A stretch of DNA of 64,000 nt from Elusimicrobiota bacterium (GCA_044221725.1 JBGAON010000002.1:288001-352000); one strand, 5' to 3'. Shown: positions 20,082 to 30,842, numbered from the stretch's first letter. Numbers and translations: made by a program. Notes: generated by a model from the letters alone, not told the origin.

Positions 20082-23000
20082 TTGCGCCCGGTTTGCTTTG
20101 AAGCGCGTGTGGCACGGCGTCGTGATTGTCGCGCTGCTCGCACCGCAAGCTCATTCGGTCGTTTACGTGGATGGCGATATTCGCTCGTTTCCTTTTTTCA
20201 GCCGCACGTCCTATTTTCAACCAGACACCGATTTTGTTTTCACGAAAAGTCCCGGCGTCTATTCGTTGCTGTTAAACGACCTTCAGGCCATGGATCGTGA
20301 CAACGCGACCAAGGGCCCTTTCCTGTTGTTCGCGAACACCCAACTCGACGATATTCTGTTCGAGCTCGCAAAAATCGAAGCCTGTGAAAAAGGAAAATCT
20401 TCGGAAGCGACGCCCGAAAAACCGGCGTTTGTGGCGCTAAACTACGCGACGAAATCCCAGTTTTCAATCGCGAAGAAAGGGGAATACGAAGTATGGCTAA
20501 AGATTAACGGCGACGAATCGGATTTGATTCGAAAGATTCGTATGGATAATTTCCTTTTCCATCTTCCGGTGCGTGGTTTCGGAGTGGATTGGATTCGGCT
20601 TAGCAAAGGGGACCTTGAGAGCGGGATGCATACCATCGAACTCGTTTTCGAAAAAAAGACCGAGCCTCAGGATCAAATGGACGACCTTTTTAAAGAAGCG
20701 CCATCCCGAGAAGTGCTGATCATTAGCAGGGATAAGTTCCGAAAAGATCACGAGCGGCTGCAGAAGAGCCAAAACGCTTATTTGTTTTACAAAACCGAGA
20801 AAGAGTACATGTTGCGGCGGAGTTTTTATGTTCCCCGTGCAGATGATTACGATGTTGCCACGTATATGATTCCGCGTTACGAAAAAATTCGGGCGTCGAA
20901 GTTGAACGTGGGAGAGGGTTCGTGGCGGGCCGGGGGGCGTCGTCCAATGGTGCTGTTTGGCGGGAATTTTTATCCGGTGACAAACACAACGCTTCCGCTC
21001 CAATCCGAAGGATGGCGTTGGCAGTCCAATAACGAGAACCGATTGGTGATACCGAACGAGGACGGGGTGGGACGTTCTCCTATTGGAGAAATGCACCTAT
21101 TTAAAATGTTTTACCCGTTGCAAGAAGGTGTTTGGCGATGGATGTCAAACGATGGGTCGCTTTCGGTTCTCAATCCATTTGATAAGCCGATTCAGGTTCA
21201 ATTGGATTTCGATGTTGTTTCGTTCCAGGTCGACCGCACCGTTGAAGTGTGGGTCAATGGGACACTTCAGCAACAATTTACCGCCGAGGGGCCGCATCCG
21301 CTGCCGTCGAAGTCAACGCTCCGAAACATTCAATGGCCATGGGAGGTTGGAATTGCGTGCGGCAAGCCGTTTCGAGCAAAAATCGGTCCCGTCACGCTTT
21401 TGCCGGGCGCCAACGATGTGCGCGTATCAATTATGCCGGGCGCGAGCGTGATTAATGAGATGGACCCATTAAGTATCGCCATTCGCGACGATGTGAACGT
21501 TGAATTGGTATCGCCAAATTCGGACCGTGTTGGGTACCTCAATCGCCCTGAGTTTCATGTCGAAAGCAAAGAGTCCGGAATGGTGTTTCATGATACCTAC
21601 AACCGCAGCGAGAATGAGATTGGGTGGGTATCAAAGTCCGCGGGAAATATTCGGCTGCGGGATTATCCGTTGTTGGCGATCAAATACGATTGGCGCAATC
21701 CGATACAGAGCATGGACGTTGGTTTTACGATTGATACCGGAAAATCGGCAGACCGAACACGAATGCTTATCGTGTCGTTGCCAATTCCTGGCGACGAGGA
21801 GCGCCTGTATTATTTTGATTTGTTGGACGCGGTGCGGAAAACGTACAGCTCGGCGCTGGATCCGCATTTGACCGAAATTCATTTCTTACCACACAAGACG
21901 TGGGACGTCGATGCCACGGATCAGGAAGAAGCGGTGAACTATGTTGTTAAAAGCGTTCAGTTATCGTCGGTCAAGGGTTCGATCGCGAAAAAAGAGGAAA
22001 TAAGTCTCGACGGCGCTTTGTGGGTCGGCAAAGGTTCCAATTCTGTTGACGCGTACAGAAACGAATTTTCGGTGTCCATGCATTTGGGAGAAACGAAATC
22101 ATTGTCTTCGTGGCTTGACGTTCGGGTTCCGTTGAACCCTGGGTCTTTGGATCTCAATTCAAAAATGATCGTGCCATTTCGCTTTGACGACCCAAAAGTT
22201 CAAGGACTTAAGCTTCTCTTTGGATTGGATTCCAATGGTGATGGTAAAGCCGATTCGTGGGTGCCGGTGGGAAAACGAATTCCGCTGTTGGATTGGAAGA
22301 TTATGGTCCGCGATAACAAAGATGGCATGAATGTTTATGAATCGGCGGTGCCGGGGGACCTTTTGCAATATGAGGTGGGCTCTCTTCGGTTGTTCAACTT
22401 TATCGTAATGAAAAATGGTGTTCCCATGCCGACCACCACCACGGCTGGATATTTTAGTTCAAAAGAGATTGTCGATTTTGATGCCGGTCGGGTAACCATA
22501 ACATTGCCACCGAATGAATCGCCGGATGAGTTTACGTTTGATCTCTATTTGCCTCCGCAAATCGACGCGGATCCGATGTTGCCACACTTCTTCAATATTC
22601 CGGTGGATTTGCAGGAAACTCTGCCAAAAGATCGAGCACGTATCGTGGAACTTCGTTTCTTGGTGGAAGCTTTGCTCCCAAAACCTATTGCGAACGAACG
22701 ATCTTTTGAGTTTGAAGTGAAGTCTCCCCAAATCGTGGACCTCAAATTAATCCGGACAGAAGATCTTCTGAATAACAACGAGATCCCGATGCTTCAAGTC
22801 GACGGAACGGCGCCCGTCATGAATCGTGTCGTTGATGTCGATGGCGGCGGCGTTTGGATGACCTCGCGTGTCCGGTTGCAAGAAGGCATGCATTCGTTGC
22901 GGGTGTGGGAAAAACGCGGCATTCGTCCGTATTTTGTGCAGGTGAATCCATCAAACAGGAGTCGGGCGGCTGTCCGTGACGAACGCGATGTGTACGAATT

Positions 23001-23331
23001 GAAGAAAGAGAATCCAACCGCCTATCATGCCACTGTTTTACAGGGAAATATTCCATTCACGCTAATTCTGAGTCAGAACTACAATGCGGGTTGGCGCGCG
23101 TCGGCGCGCATGAACGATGGTCAACGACAGGTTTTTTCGACTCATTTTGAAATAAACGGGCATGAGAACGCTTGGAGAATGCCAGCGCTACCCGAGGGGA
23201 CGCAAATCGACATTCAATACACGCCCCAAAGACTGATGAATTTTGGATATTTCGTTTCGCTGTTCGCTGTTATCTTTTGTTTCCTATATTTGATTGTCAG
23301 TGGATATCGCCGTGAAAAAACGCACGTTTAA
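20059..23331 (+). CDS. Large exported multi-beta-sandwich protein with YfhO-like C-terminal domain and TM anchor
   Basis: Signal-like N-terminus (VVIVALLAPQAHS), WRWMSNDG, DSNGDGKAD, and C-terminal LILSQNYNAGW...INGHENAW...IQYTPQR followed by a TM. Start uncertain (20041/20059/20065). Confidence 0.6.
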   Translation: MKMPFSSNCARFALKRVWHGVVIVALLAPQAHSVVYVDGDIRSFPFFSRTSYFQPDTDFVFTKSPGVYSLLLNDLQAMDRDNATKGPFLLFANTQLDDILFELAKIEACEKGKSSEATPEKPAFVALNYATKSQFSIAKKGEYEVWLKINGDESDLIRKIRMDNFLFHLPVRGFGVDWIRLSKGDLESGMHTIELVFEKKTEPQDQMDDLFKEAPSREVLIISRDKFRKDHERLQKSQNAYLFYKTEKEYMLRRSFYVPRADDYDVATYMIPRYEKIRASKLNVGEGSWRAGGRRPMVLFGGNFYPVTNTTLPLQSEGWRWQSNNENRLVIPNEDGVGRSPIGEMHLFKMFYPLQEGVWRWMSNDGSLSVLNPFDKPIQVQLDFDVVSFQVDRTVEVWVNGTLQQQFTAEGPHPLPSKSTLRNIQWPWEVGIACGKPFRAKIGPVTLLPGANDVRVSIMPGASVINEMDPLSIAIRDDVNVELVSPNSDRVGYLNRPEFHVESKESGMVFHDTYNRSENEIGWVSKSAGNIRLRDYPLLAIKYDWRNPIQSMDVGFTIDTGKSADRTRMLIVSLPIPGDEERLYYFDLLDAVRKTYSSALDPHLTEIHFLPHKTWDVDATDQEEAVNYVVKSVQLSSVKGSIAKKEEISLDGALWVGKGSNSVDAYRNEFSVSMHLGETKSLSSWLDVRVPLNPGSLDLNSKMIVPFRFDDPKVQGLKLLFGLDSNGDGKADSWVPVGKRIPLLDWKIMVRDNKDGMNVYESAVPGDLLQYEVGSLRLFNFIVMKNGVPMPTTTTAGYFSSKEIVDFDAGRVTITLPPNESPDEFTFDLYLPPQIDADPMLPHFFNIPVDLQETLPKDRARIVELRFLVEALLPKPIANERSFEFEVKSPQIVDLKLIRTEDLLNNNEIPMLQVDGTAPVMNRVVDVDGGGVWMTSRVRLQEGMHSLRVWEKRGIRPYFVQVNPSNRSRAAVRDERDVYELKKENPTAYHATVLQGNIPFTLILSQNYNAGWRASARMNDGQRQVFSTHFEINGHENAWRMPALPEGTQIDIQYTPQRLMNFGYFVSLFAVIFCFLYLIVSGYRREKTHV

Positions 23332-23935
23332 TCTTCATTTGGTTTGGTTTGTCGTTAAGTACACGCTCTCGATGAGTGTCGCTTCCTTACTGAGCTGGCA
23401 GCTCATGGAGCGGTGGGGATCTTTACGGATGGGTCATTCGATGATGATTCGATCCGTGTTGCTTATGACGATTTTCTCGTCCATTTTGCTGTTGTATGCC
23501 TTCATTTATTCCGATCTCAACAAAGGTTTCATTAGTTTGACTCGTATTTTGTTTGCGCATGCTTTTGTGGGTCTGTTTGTATTGGCGCGCAGTCGGTTCG
23601 CTGAAATCTTGATGTGGTTGATTGCGTATCTTTTCTTTATGGGCATGCTGTGGTTTATCAAAATACTTGTCGCACGATTTCTCGAAGATCGTCCGGGGCC
23701 GTTCGTGATGTGGGTGCTGGAACTGATTGTTCGAATAAAAGCATCGGTGCGTCATCGATCTGTTTTTTGTTTTGCATGCGCGCTTTTCTTTTGGATTCCT
23801 TTCCCGTTGGTTTTCCTGAAAATTCCGCCGATCATTTCCTATGTGCCCATTGGATTGTCATACCTGTTTCTGACGTTGGGTGTTGGGTTTGAGCTGTTCG
23901 ATTTGTTGGCGCAACGCGAGCACGAAGAACCTTGA
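23312..23935 (+). CDS. Hypothetical integral membrane protein (about 6 TMs)
   Basis: Hydrophobic ORF overlapping both neighbours. GTG 23312 taken as the start. Confidence 0.6.
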   Translation: MKKRTFNLHLVWFVVKYTLSMSVASLLSWQLMERWGSLRMGHSMMIRSVLLMTIFSSILLLYAFIYSDLNKGFISLTRILFAHAFVGLFVLARSRFAEILMWLIAYLFFMGMLWFIKILVARFLEDRPGPFVMWVLELIVRIKASVRHRSVFCFACALFFWIPFPLVFLKIPPIISYVPIGLSYLFLTLGVGFELFDLLAQREHEEP

Positions 23936-25020
23936 GAACGGACGGTCCACGTCCCAAGATTTTGTTCTTGTTTTCGAATTTCCATCAACGGGAATTTACC
24001 GGACAGGCCGGTACCGCCTGGGAATTGGCGAAACATCTGTCAAAGCGATTTGATGTTGGTTTGATTTCCAATAGCGAATTTCCGGAACCTGCCGAGGAAT
24101 CGAGTGTGCACCTTTGGGTGTTTCCGTGCCAAGGGAATCCCACCGCAAAATATCTTTTGAGATTTCCGCTAATTCTTTCTCACGTGCTATCGTGGAAGCC
24201 CCACCGCATTCATGTCCATGGTTTGCCGTTTATCGTTTTTGCGAAGGTTTTGGGTTTTTTGACCCGCACACCGGTCACATGTTCGTTCAATGAAGATATT
24301 TCACTGCGCCCGGTGCTCGTGCAACGGGCGATTGCCTGGTGCATAAACAGAACGGCAATGACGTTTGTGAGCTGCGAGTATTTTCGCAATGTTCTCATGG
24401 GCCTCGGTGTGCTGTACGAGAAAATCATTGTGGCGCCGTTTGGTTTGCGCGATGTCTTTATGGAGGCGGCGCCAGCGGAGGTGCCGCAATACGACATTGT
24501 GTATGTGGGGGACAGTCGACGCAGTCGTGGGTTTGACGTGGTTAGTCGCATGATTGAGAAAATGACGAACACCGCCTTTTTGTTGCTGTTGCGCTGGCAT
24601 TCCGCTTCGGCCGAGGCCGATTACGAACGGATCCGTCAACTTTCAAACGTGAAAATTCTTCATTTCCCTTACGAAAAGAATCTTTGGGATTTGTTGCGCA
24701 GCGCCAAGCTCGTCATTTTGCCGTTTCGCAAAACATCGGCCATTCTTCCGCCCATGACCATCGTCGAAGCCATGGCGCTGGGCAGATGCGTGATGACCAC
24801 GCGGCTTCCTGGTACCGATGAGATTTTGAGCGATAGCAACGCGGTTCGGGAGATCGAGCCCGATGATCTGGCCGGAACGGTTCAGATGGCGCGCGATTTG
24901 TTACGGGATGAGCCTGAACGCAACCGTATCGGCGCGCTCGCCGCGAAAAAAATGCGCGCGTTGTTTTCGGCGCAATACAGTCCGTTCGAAAAGTATTTCG
25001 CCGAAAACATTGGCAAATAA
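23932..25020 (+). CDS. Glycosyltransferase family 4
   Basis: YVGDSRRSRG and PMTIVEAMALGRCVMTT (GT-B C-terminal motif). Confidence 0.85.
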   Translation: MRTDGPRPKILFLFSNFHQREFTGQAGTAWELAKHLSKRFDVGLISNSEFPEPAEESSVHLWVFPCQGNPTAKYLLRFPLILSHVLSWKPHRIHVHGLPFIVFAKVLGFLTRTPVTCSFNEDISLRPVLVQRAIAWCINRTAMTFVSCEYFRNVLMGLGVLYEKIIVAPFGLRDVFMEAAPAEVPQYDIVYVGDSRRSRGFDVVSRMIEKMTNTAFLLLLRWHSASAEADYERIRQLSNVKILHFPYEKNLWDLLRSAKLVILPFRKTSAILPPMTIVEAMALGRCVMTTRLPGTDEILSDSNAVREIEPDDLAGTVQMARDLLRDEPERNRIGALAAKKMRALFSAQYSPFEKYFAENIGK

Positions 25021-25023
25021 AAA

Positions 25024-26145
25024 ATGATTTTTACGTGCACGTATTCGAACGGTAACGTCGGCTTTGCTCAGGAATTGCAACGCTATTTAATTCGTAAGAA
25101 ACAGGATTTCTTGCTGCTGCTTCATCCGCTGGATCTCTCTATCGCGCGCGTATCGGTTCTCGAAGAATACAAGAACGGGCAACTCGTGCGGTCGCAGAAA
25201 AGCTGGCCGTCTCCGAACATCAATGCCGTCAATTATTTTCGTTGCGTGTGCACAACCTTTTGGAGCCTTCTTCGATTTGGTCGCCGCACTCAATTGTTCA
25301 TCGCCGTGTCGAACATTGATGCGGTGGTAGGCCTTTTTTTACGCCTACTGTTCAAGTTCAAAGTCGTTCTCGTGAGCACCGACTTCTCACCGCACCGCCG
25401 ATTCGCGAACCCCATCATGAACACGGTCTACAACGTGTGCGACCGAGTGGCTTACCGCGCGTGCAACGCGGTGTGGCACATGTATCCGGAGCGCGGCGCA
25501 CTGAAGCGATACAAGAATCGTGCGCCGAGTTACGACATTCTCGACGGAAACAATTTTCGACGCGTGAAGCGGCTGGCGTTGGCCGAGATCAATCGTTTTC
25601 GGTTGGTTTATATTGGACAAATCAACCGCGATTGCCGGCTCGATGAGGCAATCGAAGCCATTGCCGATTTGAAAAGCGATTTTCCGGAAGCCGGACTCGA
25701 TATCATTTCAAGCGGCGACCCGATGTACGAACAGCGCCTGCGGAAATTGGCGAGCGATCGCGGCGTGAGCGAACGGGTTGCGTTCCATGGGCAAATTCCG
25801 TCGCCGGATCGTTACGAACCGATTCTCGCGAAAGCTGGTATCGGGCTCTGTCTGTACGAAATCGATAAAAACGACTTCGCCTGGTACGGAACGCCGCTCA
25901 AGGTTTATTTGTACGCCGCTTGTGGGCTGCCCACCGTTTGCTCGGACACCATGGGCCCGTTCACGCGCGAATACATTGAGCGCGACGGCGTCGGCGTGCT
26001 GTCGGCGCGCGGAACGCTCAAAGCCATCCTTATGAAACTGTTTTCCGACGCCTCCGACTATGCCCGGATGCGGGAAAAAACGATCCATTGGGCCGCTGAA
26101 TTTGATTATGACGACAAGTTTGACAAATACCTTTCGCTTGTCTAA
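25024..26145 (+). CDS. Glycosyltransferase family 4-like
   Basis: LVYIGQI, VAFHGQI and PLKVYLYAACGLPTV. Confidence 0.8.
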   Translation: MIFTCTYSNGNVGFAQELQRYLIRKKQDFLLLLHPLDLSIARVSVLEEYKNGQLVRSQKSWPSPNINAVNYFRCVCTTFWSLLRFGRRTQLFIAVSNIDAVVGLFLRLLFKFKVVLVSTDFSPHRRFANPIMNTVYNVCDRVAYRACNAVWHMYPERGALKRYKNRAPSYDILDGNNFRRVKRLALAEINRFRLVYIGQINRDCRLDEAIEAIADLKSDFPEAGLDIISSGDPMYEQRLRKLASDRGVSERVAFHGQIPSPDRYEPILAKAGIGLCLYEIDKNDFAWYGTPLKVYLYAACGLPTVCSDTMGPFTREYIERDGVGVLSARGTLKAILMKLFSDASDYARMREKTIHWAAEFDYDDKFDKYLSLV

Positions 26146-26157
26146 GTTACGACGAGA

Positions 26158-27402
26158 ATGAGCGCAAAAATTCTTATCGTAGCGGCCGGAATCGCCACCG
26201 ATCACCCCGACCTGGCGGGGGGCGATATGCGGTTCCTTGAGATCGCGCGCCACTGGATTAATCAAGGCGTTGAGGTTCACATGCTAACCCCGAAAGGCGG
26301 CGAAACGTTGTGCCAAAGCTTTGGCGTCAATGCGAAGATCCATCTGTTGCCAAAGTCCAAAGCCGATGGACGCATGCAAGCCATTGTGGACACGTTGCAA
26401 CTTCCGTTCCGCATTCCAAATTCAATTTTTTCCGTTCCTTTCGATGCGGTTTACAGTGTGAACGAACAACTTTACGACGTGATTCCGGCTCTTTTTCTGA
26501 AATGGAAGCGGGGACGTAAGATTCGGTGGGGCGTCGTGGTTCATTGGTTGCCGCCGTTTCCGCCGTGGCGTCGCCACCGTTCGACGATCATCAATTCGTG
26601 TTTGTTTTTCTTTAGCGAACGCTTGAGCGTGTGGTTGGCCAAACTTTTTGCCGACATTCTGTTACCGGTATCCCGAGCAACCGAAAAGCAGCTTCTGGAC
26701 ATCAATGTCGAGCCGGCAATGATTCAGGCGGTCGAATGCGGATTGCCATTGGGGCCGGTTCGAGAAGTCGCCGCAAAGAATTTGCCGAAGAAATACGACG
26801 CCGTGTTCATGAAGCGCGTGCAAGCGGTAAAAGGGGCGTTGGACTTGCCGGCGATTTGGAAGCACGTGATTCGTGAGAAGCCAGACGCGCGACTTTTGGT
26901 GATCGGTTACGGCGAAGATTTCGACAAGCTGAAACAGATTGTGGCCACCGAGAAGCTGGACAATAATGTCGAATTGGTCGGTGTCGTTTACGATTTGCAG
27001 AAGAAATTTCAATTGATGTGCGAATCGCGTCTTTTTGTTTTGCCGTCGTATGAGGAGAACTGGGCCATTGTGATTGGTGAGGCGATGGGGGCCGGTCTGC
27101 CGGTCATTGCGTACGGCCTCAGTGAACTTAAGATCGTTTGGCAGGACAATTTTTACGCGGTGCCCGTTGGCGACACCGAACATTTCGCCCGCGAAATCGT
27201 GCGCTTGCTCAACAGCCCCGCCGAATGCAGCGCAATCGCTGACAAGGCGCTTAAATATGTCGCTCGGCTCGATTGGTCCGTGATCGCTGAGAAGGAGTTA
27301 AAAGCGCTGTTGCCGAGTTTGCGGATCGCTCGGTCGGATGAGGAAACGTTCTCGCCGCCCGCCGAGCTTGCCACCCATGGTGATGTCCCGCGCCACAACT
27401 GA
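26158..27402 (+). CDS. Glycosyltransferase family 4
   Basis: AGGDMRFLEIARHW, KRVQAVKG and FVLPSYEENWAIVIGEAMGAGLPVI. Confidence 0.88.
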   Translation: MSAKILIVAAGIATDHPDLAGGDMRFLEIARHWINQGVEVHMLTPKGGETLCQSFGVNAKIHLLPKSKADGRMQAIVDTLQLPFRIPNSIFSVPFDAVYSVNEQLYDVIPALFLKWKRGRKIRWGVVVHWLPPFPPWRRHRSTIINSCLFFFSERLSVWLAKLFADILLPVSRATEKQLLDINVEPAMIQAVECGLPLGPVREVAAKNLPKKYDAVFMKRVQAVKGALDLPAIWKHVIREKPDARLLVIGYGEDFDKLKQIVATEKLDNNVELVGVVYDLQKKFQLMCESRLFVLPSYEENWAIVIGEAMGAGLPVIAYGLSELKIVWQDNFYAVPVGDTEHFAREIVRLLNSPAECSAIADKALKYVARLDWSVIAEKELKALLPSLRIARSDEETFSPPAELATHGDVPRHN

Positions 27403-28360
27403 CGCCGCGTTTGAGCGGCTCGTTGCCGCCACGCGACGCATTTACAGCCCAGCCAACACCGCCAGCGGTCCCGCTGAAACAGCGTCGGACATGGCTAAAG
27501 ACGCCAATTACCTAAAGAAGAACCGTGTTCTCTACCACGTGTTAAAAAAGAACGAGAAAGCGGTCTTGGCTTCGGGCAACGCGGCCCTGCAGGCGTCGTT
27601 GCACGCTGGTGATGAACATTTTTTTCGATTGAATCGCTCGCTCTCCGAACTAAACACGCTGTGCGGTCGCGATTCCTATTTCACGATTAAAACGTATCTC
27701 GGATATGAGCGTCTCACGACCGATCTCGATATCGTGGTGAAAGATCTTCGTGCCTGCGCCCGCGCGTTGGCCGACGCCGGCTGGCATTGCGGTCCGATTC
27801 AGCAGGGAACCATGGACCTTGAGAAAGATGGTGCGTTGGCCATCGGCCTGCACGAAAAAGTGGGATGGGACACCCCGCCTATTTTTGAACCGGATCTTCT
27901 GTGGAAAAATCTTCGGGAAATCCAGTTTGTGGGCGAAACTTTTTATATCCCGAGTCCCGAGGTCGATATTTTGACCATTCTCGCGCACATTCCGTTTGAA
28001 AAACTTTATTTGGATTGGGGAGAGATGTGCTACCTGTACAAAACGGCGCAGGTGGCGGATTTGGATTTTCTCATGAAGCAAGTGCGGGAACATCATTGGC
28101 GACATTCGTTTGAGATCCTGTTGTCGGTGATGAACCTTTGCCATGAAATGGCATACGGCACGCCGAGTCCGTTTGAAAAAGTCTACCCGAAAAAGGTCCA
28201 ATCAATTACGGAACTCCCGTACGAGTGTTCTTTTTGGTATGGAGGGTCCTCTCTGATCGAAATCGGCGCGTGGAAAAAGATTTTTGGTGTTGTGTTTGAC
28301 CCCGTTCGAATGAGCCATTTTTTTCGCGGGCGAGCGCAGCGCAAAAAGATTAAGGTATGA
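27377..28360 (+). CDS. Nucleotidyltransferase family protein (NTP_transf_5-like)
   Basis: IKT...TTDLDIVV (DxD), IGLHEKVGW and YIPSPEVDILTILAH. Start 27377 or 27383. Confidence 0.65.
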   Translation: MVMSRATTDAAFERLVAATRRIYSPANTASGPAETASDMAKDANYLKKNRVLYHVLKKNEKAVLASGNAALQASLHAGDEHFFRLNRSLSELNTLCGRDSYFTIKTYLGYERLTTDLDIVVKDLRACARALADAGWHCGPIQQGTMDLEKDGALAIGLHEKVGWDTPPIFEPDLLWKNLREIQFVGETFYIPSPEVDILTILAHIPFEKLYLDWGEMCYLYKTAQVADLDFLMKQVREHHWRHSFEILLSVMNLCHEMAYGTPSPFEKVYPKKVQSITELPYECSFWYGGSSLIEIGAWKKIFGVVFDPVRMSHFFRGRAQRKKIKV

Positions 28361-28959
28361 CCGCTGCGCCAATCCCGACGCGCGGCGTGATTTGCTTCAT
28401 GGGCATGGATGGCAGCGGAAAATCCACGGTCATTAAAGCGGTGGGCGATTGGCTGGCCGATCAGGGGATTCCAACGCAGACGTATCATACGCACGACTAC
28501 AACGTGAAATCGCTAAACACCATCAACGCTTTCGGACAAGAAGCGTGGATCCGTCGATTTCCTTTTCTTTTTTTTCCGTGGCCCTTTTTGGCGCTCGTCG
28601 ATCATTTAGCGACGTTCCGAAGGAAATTTTCCAATCAACAAAAAGTCGTTCTCACCGATCGATACTTTTACGACAAGTACGTGCGCTTCCGGTTCTGGGG
28701 GATTGCTGTGCCGGGGCTTTTTTATCTGTATAAGTGGTTCATTCCCAAACCGCTTTTCATATTTTTGCTTGACGTTCCTTCGTCGATTGCGATTGAACGA
28801 AAAGGTGAATACTCAGAAGCGGATTACGACAAATTCCGTCGGGAATATTTGTTGTTTTCTCGAAAGATGAAGGCCGTGCATGTTGTGGATGCAGCGCAAC
28901 CCCTGGACTCTGTAATCGAAGTCGTAAAGAACGTCATCTCGGCAGATAAGGTGGCTTAA
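28357..28959 (+). CDS. Thymidylate-kinase-like P-loop kinase
   Basis: GMDGSGKST Walker A, LTDRYFYD, IPKP and LDVP...ERKGE. Confidence 0.75.
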   Translation: MTAAPIPTRGVICFMGMDGSGKSTVIKAVGDWLADQGIPTQTYHTHDYNVKSLNTINAFGQEAWIRRFPFLFFPWPFLALVDHLATFRRKFSNQQKVVLTDRYFYDKYVRFRFWGIAVPGLFYLYKWFIPKPLFIFLLDVPSSIAIERKGEYSEADYDKFRREYLLFSRKMKAVHVVDAAQPLDSVIEVVKNVISADKVA

Positions 28960-29021
28960 AAATAGTCGCAGGTGCCAGCTCCGTAATTCTTACGTATTGA
29001 TTTACCGGTACTATTAAAGCA

Positions 29022-30842
29022 ATGGGAAAGAAAAGTCGTCAGAAATTAAAGACTCAAACTATTATTCTCGAAACGGTAACGACGATGAACGCCGGGTCGC
29101 CCTTGTGTTCTTCTAAGACCTTGTTGGCGGCATTTTTTTTGGTTTTCAGTATAGCTATTGTTTATTTTCCGTCATTGAAGGTTCCTTTTCTCCTTGATGA
29201 TAACGCCAAGATAGTCCGAAATCCTGATATCAAAAGCTTAGACAATATTCCTTCTAGACTTATTTATCCTTATGAACAGCCACCCACTTTTTATCGAAAC
29301 GATCCTTCACGGCCGCTCACATATTTAACACTTACACTAAATTATTATTTCAATCATTTAGATCCATATGGCTATCACGTCTTTAATATCGTTTTGCATG
29401 CCACGGTTACGCTTCTCGTCTTTCTTCTCGGGTTATTAATTTTTCCAATGATAGGTATCAGTGGGATAACCTTGCCATTTCTATCGGCTCTTTTTTTTGG
29501 AATCCACCCGATCAACGTCAACGTTGTGAGCTACATAATGGGGCGAGCCGCGAGTCTAGCAACCGTTTTTTATCTGTTCGCTGTGATTTTATTTATAAGG
29601 GCAAAATCGGGAATGAAATGGGGTATTCCTGCCTCTGCGATTTGCCTTGTTTTTGCTCTTGCTTCCAATCAGCTTGCGATTACGTTGCCAGCCATAATGT
29701 TAGTGACAGATTTTTGTTACTTCAGCGAGAGGAACGTAAAAAGACTCGCACAAAACTGGAAACAACATGCCACGTACTGGTGGCTTCTGGCAATCTACGT
29801 TGCTGTCCGCTTTGCTTACTTTGGCCGACTCGGCGATATAGAAGCGACTAGCCAAGTTCTCGATCGAACAAAATACTTTCTTACGCAATTGACCGTTCTT
29901 TGGAAATACATTGGCATGGTAATGATGCCCAGCGGGTTATCAATTGACCACGCGTTCGTTCTTTTGGAATACGTAAATGATCCGCGATTCCTTGCTGCAA
30001 TTGGACTTTTTGGAATGCTGTATTTAGGACTATTCTATGGAATCAAAACTGCTTGGCGACAAGCCACACTCATACTCTTTAGCACTTTGTGGTTTTTCAT
30101 TACGATTTCGCCAACATCCAGTATCTTTCCAACGACCACAGCGATAGCTGAGAACCGTGTTTATCTGCCGCTTGCAGGCCTCTGCCTTATTATTCCTTTC
30201 ATCATCGATGTATTTATCCGAGGTTTGATTTCGGATGCCGCCCGGGAAGTTTTGCTGATCGGAGCGTTCGGTATTTATGCGTCACTACTTGGCGGACTCA
30301 CGCTACAGCGAAATATCCTTTACCAAGATCCTATCAGCATGTGGAAAGATGTAATTGAGCGGTATCCTGACCATGTGCGCGCCTACAATAATTTAGCTGT
30401 CGAGTATTCCCACCGGAGGCAGTTCGATAAAGCTGTGGAGGCAAATGAGAAGGGCTTGGCCATCAATCCAAACGACTTAAATACGCGTAATAATTTGGCC
30501 GTACTCTATTATAAGATGAACCGCTATCAGCAAGCATTGGAACAATTTCAGAAAGTGATTACAGAGAGGCCAAATTTTGCACCGGGATATCTCAACATGG
30601 GACTGGTTTACGAACGATTAAAAAATACGAGTGCGGCCATAAATGCTTATCAAACTGCTATTCGTCTAAACCCCATGCTAGCCGAAGCTCTTAACAATTT
30701 AGGGAGTGTGTATTTTGAGTCGGGGCATACTAAAGAAGCCCTATCTATGTACGAAGCCGCACTCCGAATAGATCCCCACAATCCAGCGTTTCTCAAAAAC
30801 TACCAACGAGTTTCTTCTGGAAACCTCAATCTTAAGCACTGA
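29022..30842 (+). CDS. TMTC-like protein O-mannosyltransferase (GT-C plus TPR repeats)
   Basis: FLLDDNAKIVRNP, SRPLT, GYHVFNIVLH, LFFGIHP, PSGLSIDH and AENRVYLP, then about 4-5 TPRs (AYNNLA, NNLAVLY, YLNMGLVY, NNLGSVY). Confidence 0.85.
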   Translation: MGKKSRQKLKTQTIILETVTTMNAGSPLCSSKTLLAAFFLVFSIAIVYFPSLKVPFLLDDNAKIVRNPDIKSLDNIPSRLIYPYEQPPTFYRNDPSRPLTYLTLTLNYYFNHLDPYGYHVFNIVLHATVTLLVFLLGLLIFPMIGISGITLPFLSALFFGIHPINVNVVSYIMGRAASLATVFYLFAVILFIRAKSGMKWGIPASAICLVFALASNQLAITLPAIMLVTDFCYFSERNVKRLAQNWKQHATYWWLLAIYVAVRFAYFGRLGDIEATSQVLDRTKYFLTQLTVLWKYIGMVMMPSGLSIDHAFVLLEYVNDPRFLAAIGLFGMLYLGLFYGIKTAWRQATLILFSTLWFFITISPTSSIFPTTTAIAENRVYLPLAGLCLIIPFIIDVFIRGLISDAAREVLLIGAFGIYASLLGGLTLQRNILYQDPISMWKDVIERYPDHVRAYNNLAVEYSHRRQFDKAVEANEKGLAINPNDLNTRNNLAVLYYKMNRYQQALEQFQKVITERPNFAPGYLNMGLVYERLKNTSAAINAYQTAIRLNPMLAEALNNLGSVYFESGHTKEALSMYEAALRIDPHNPAFLKNYQRVSSGNLNLKH

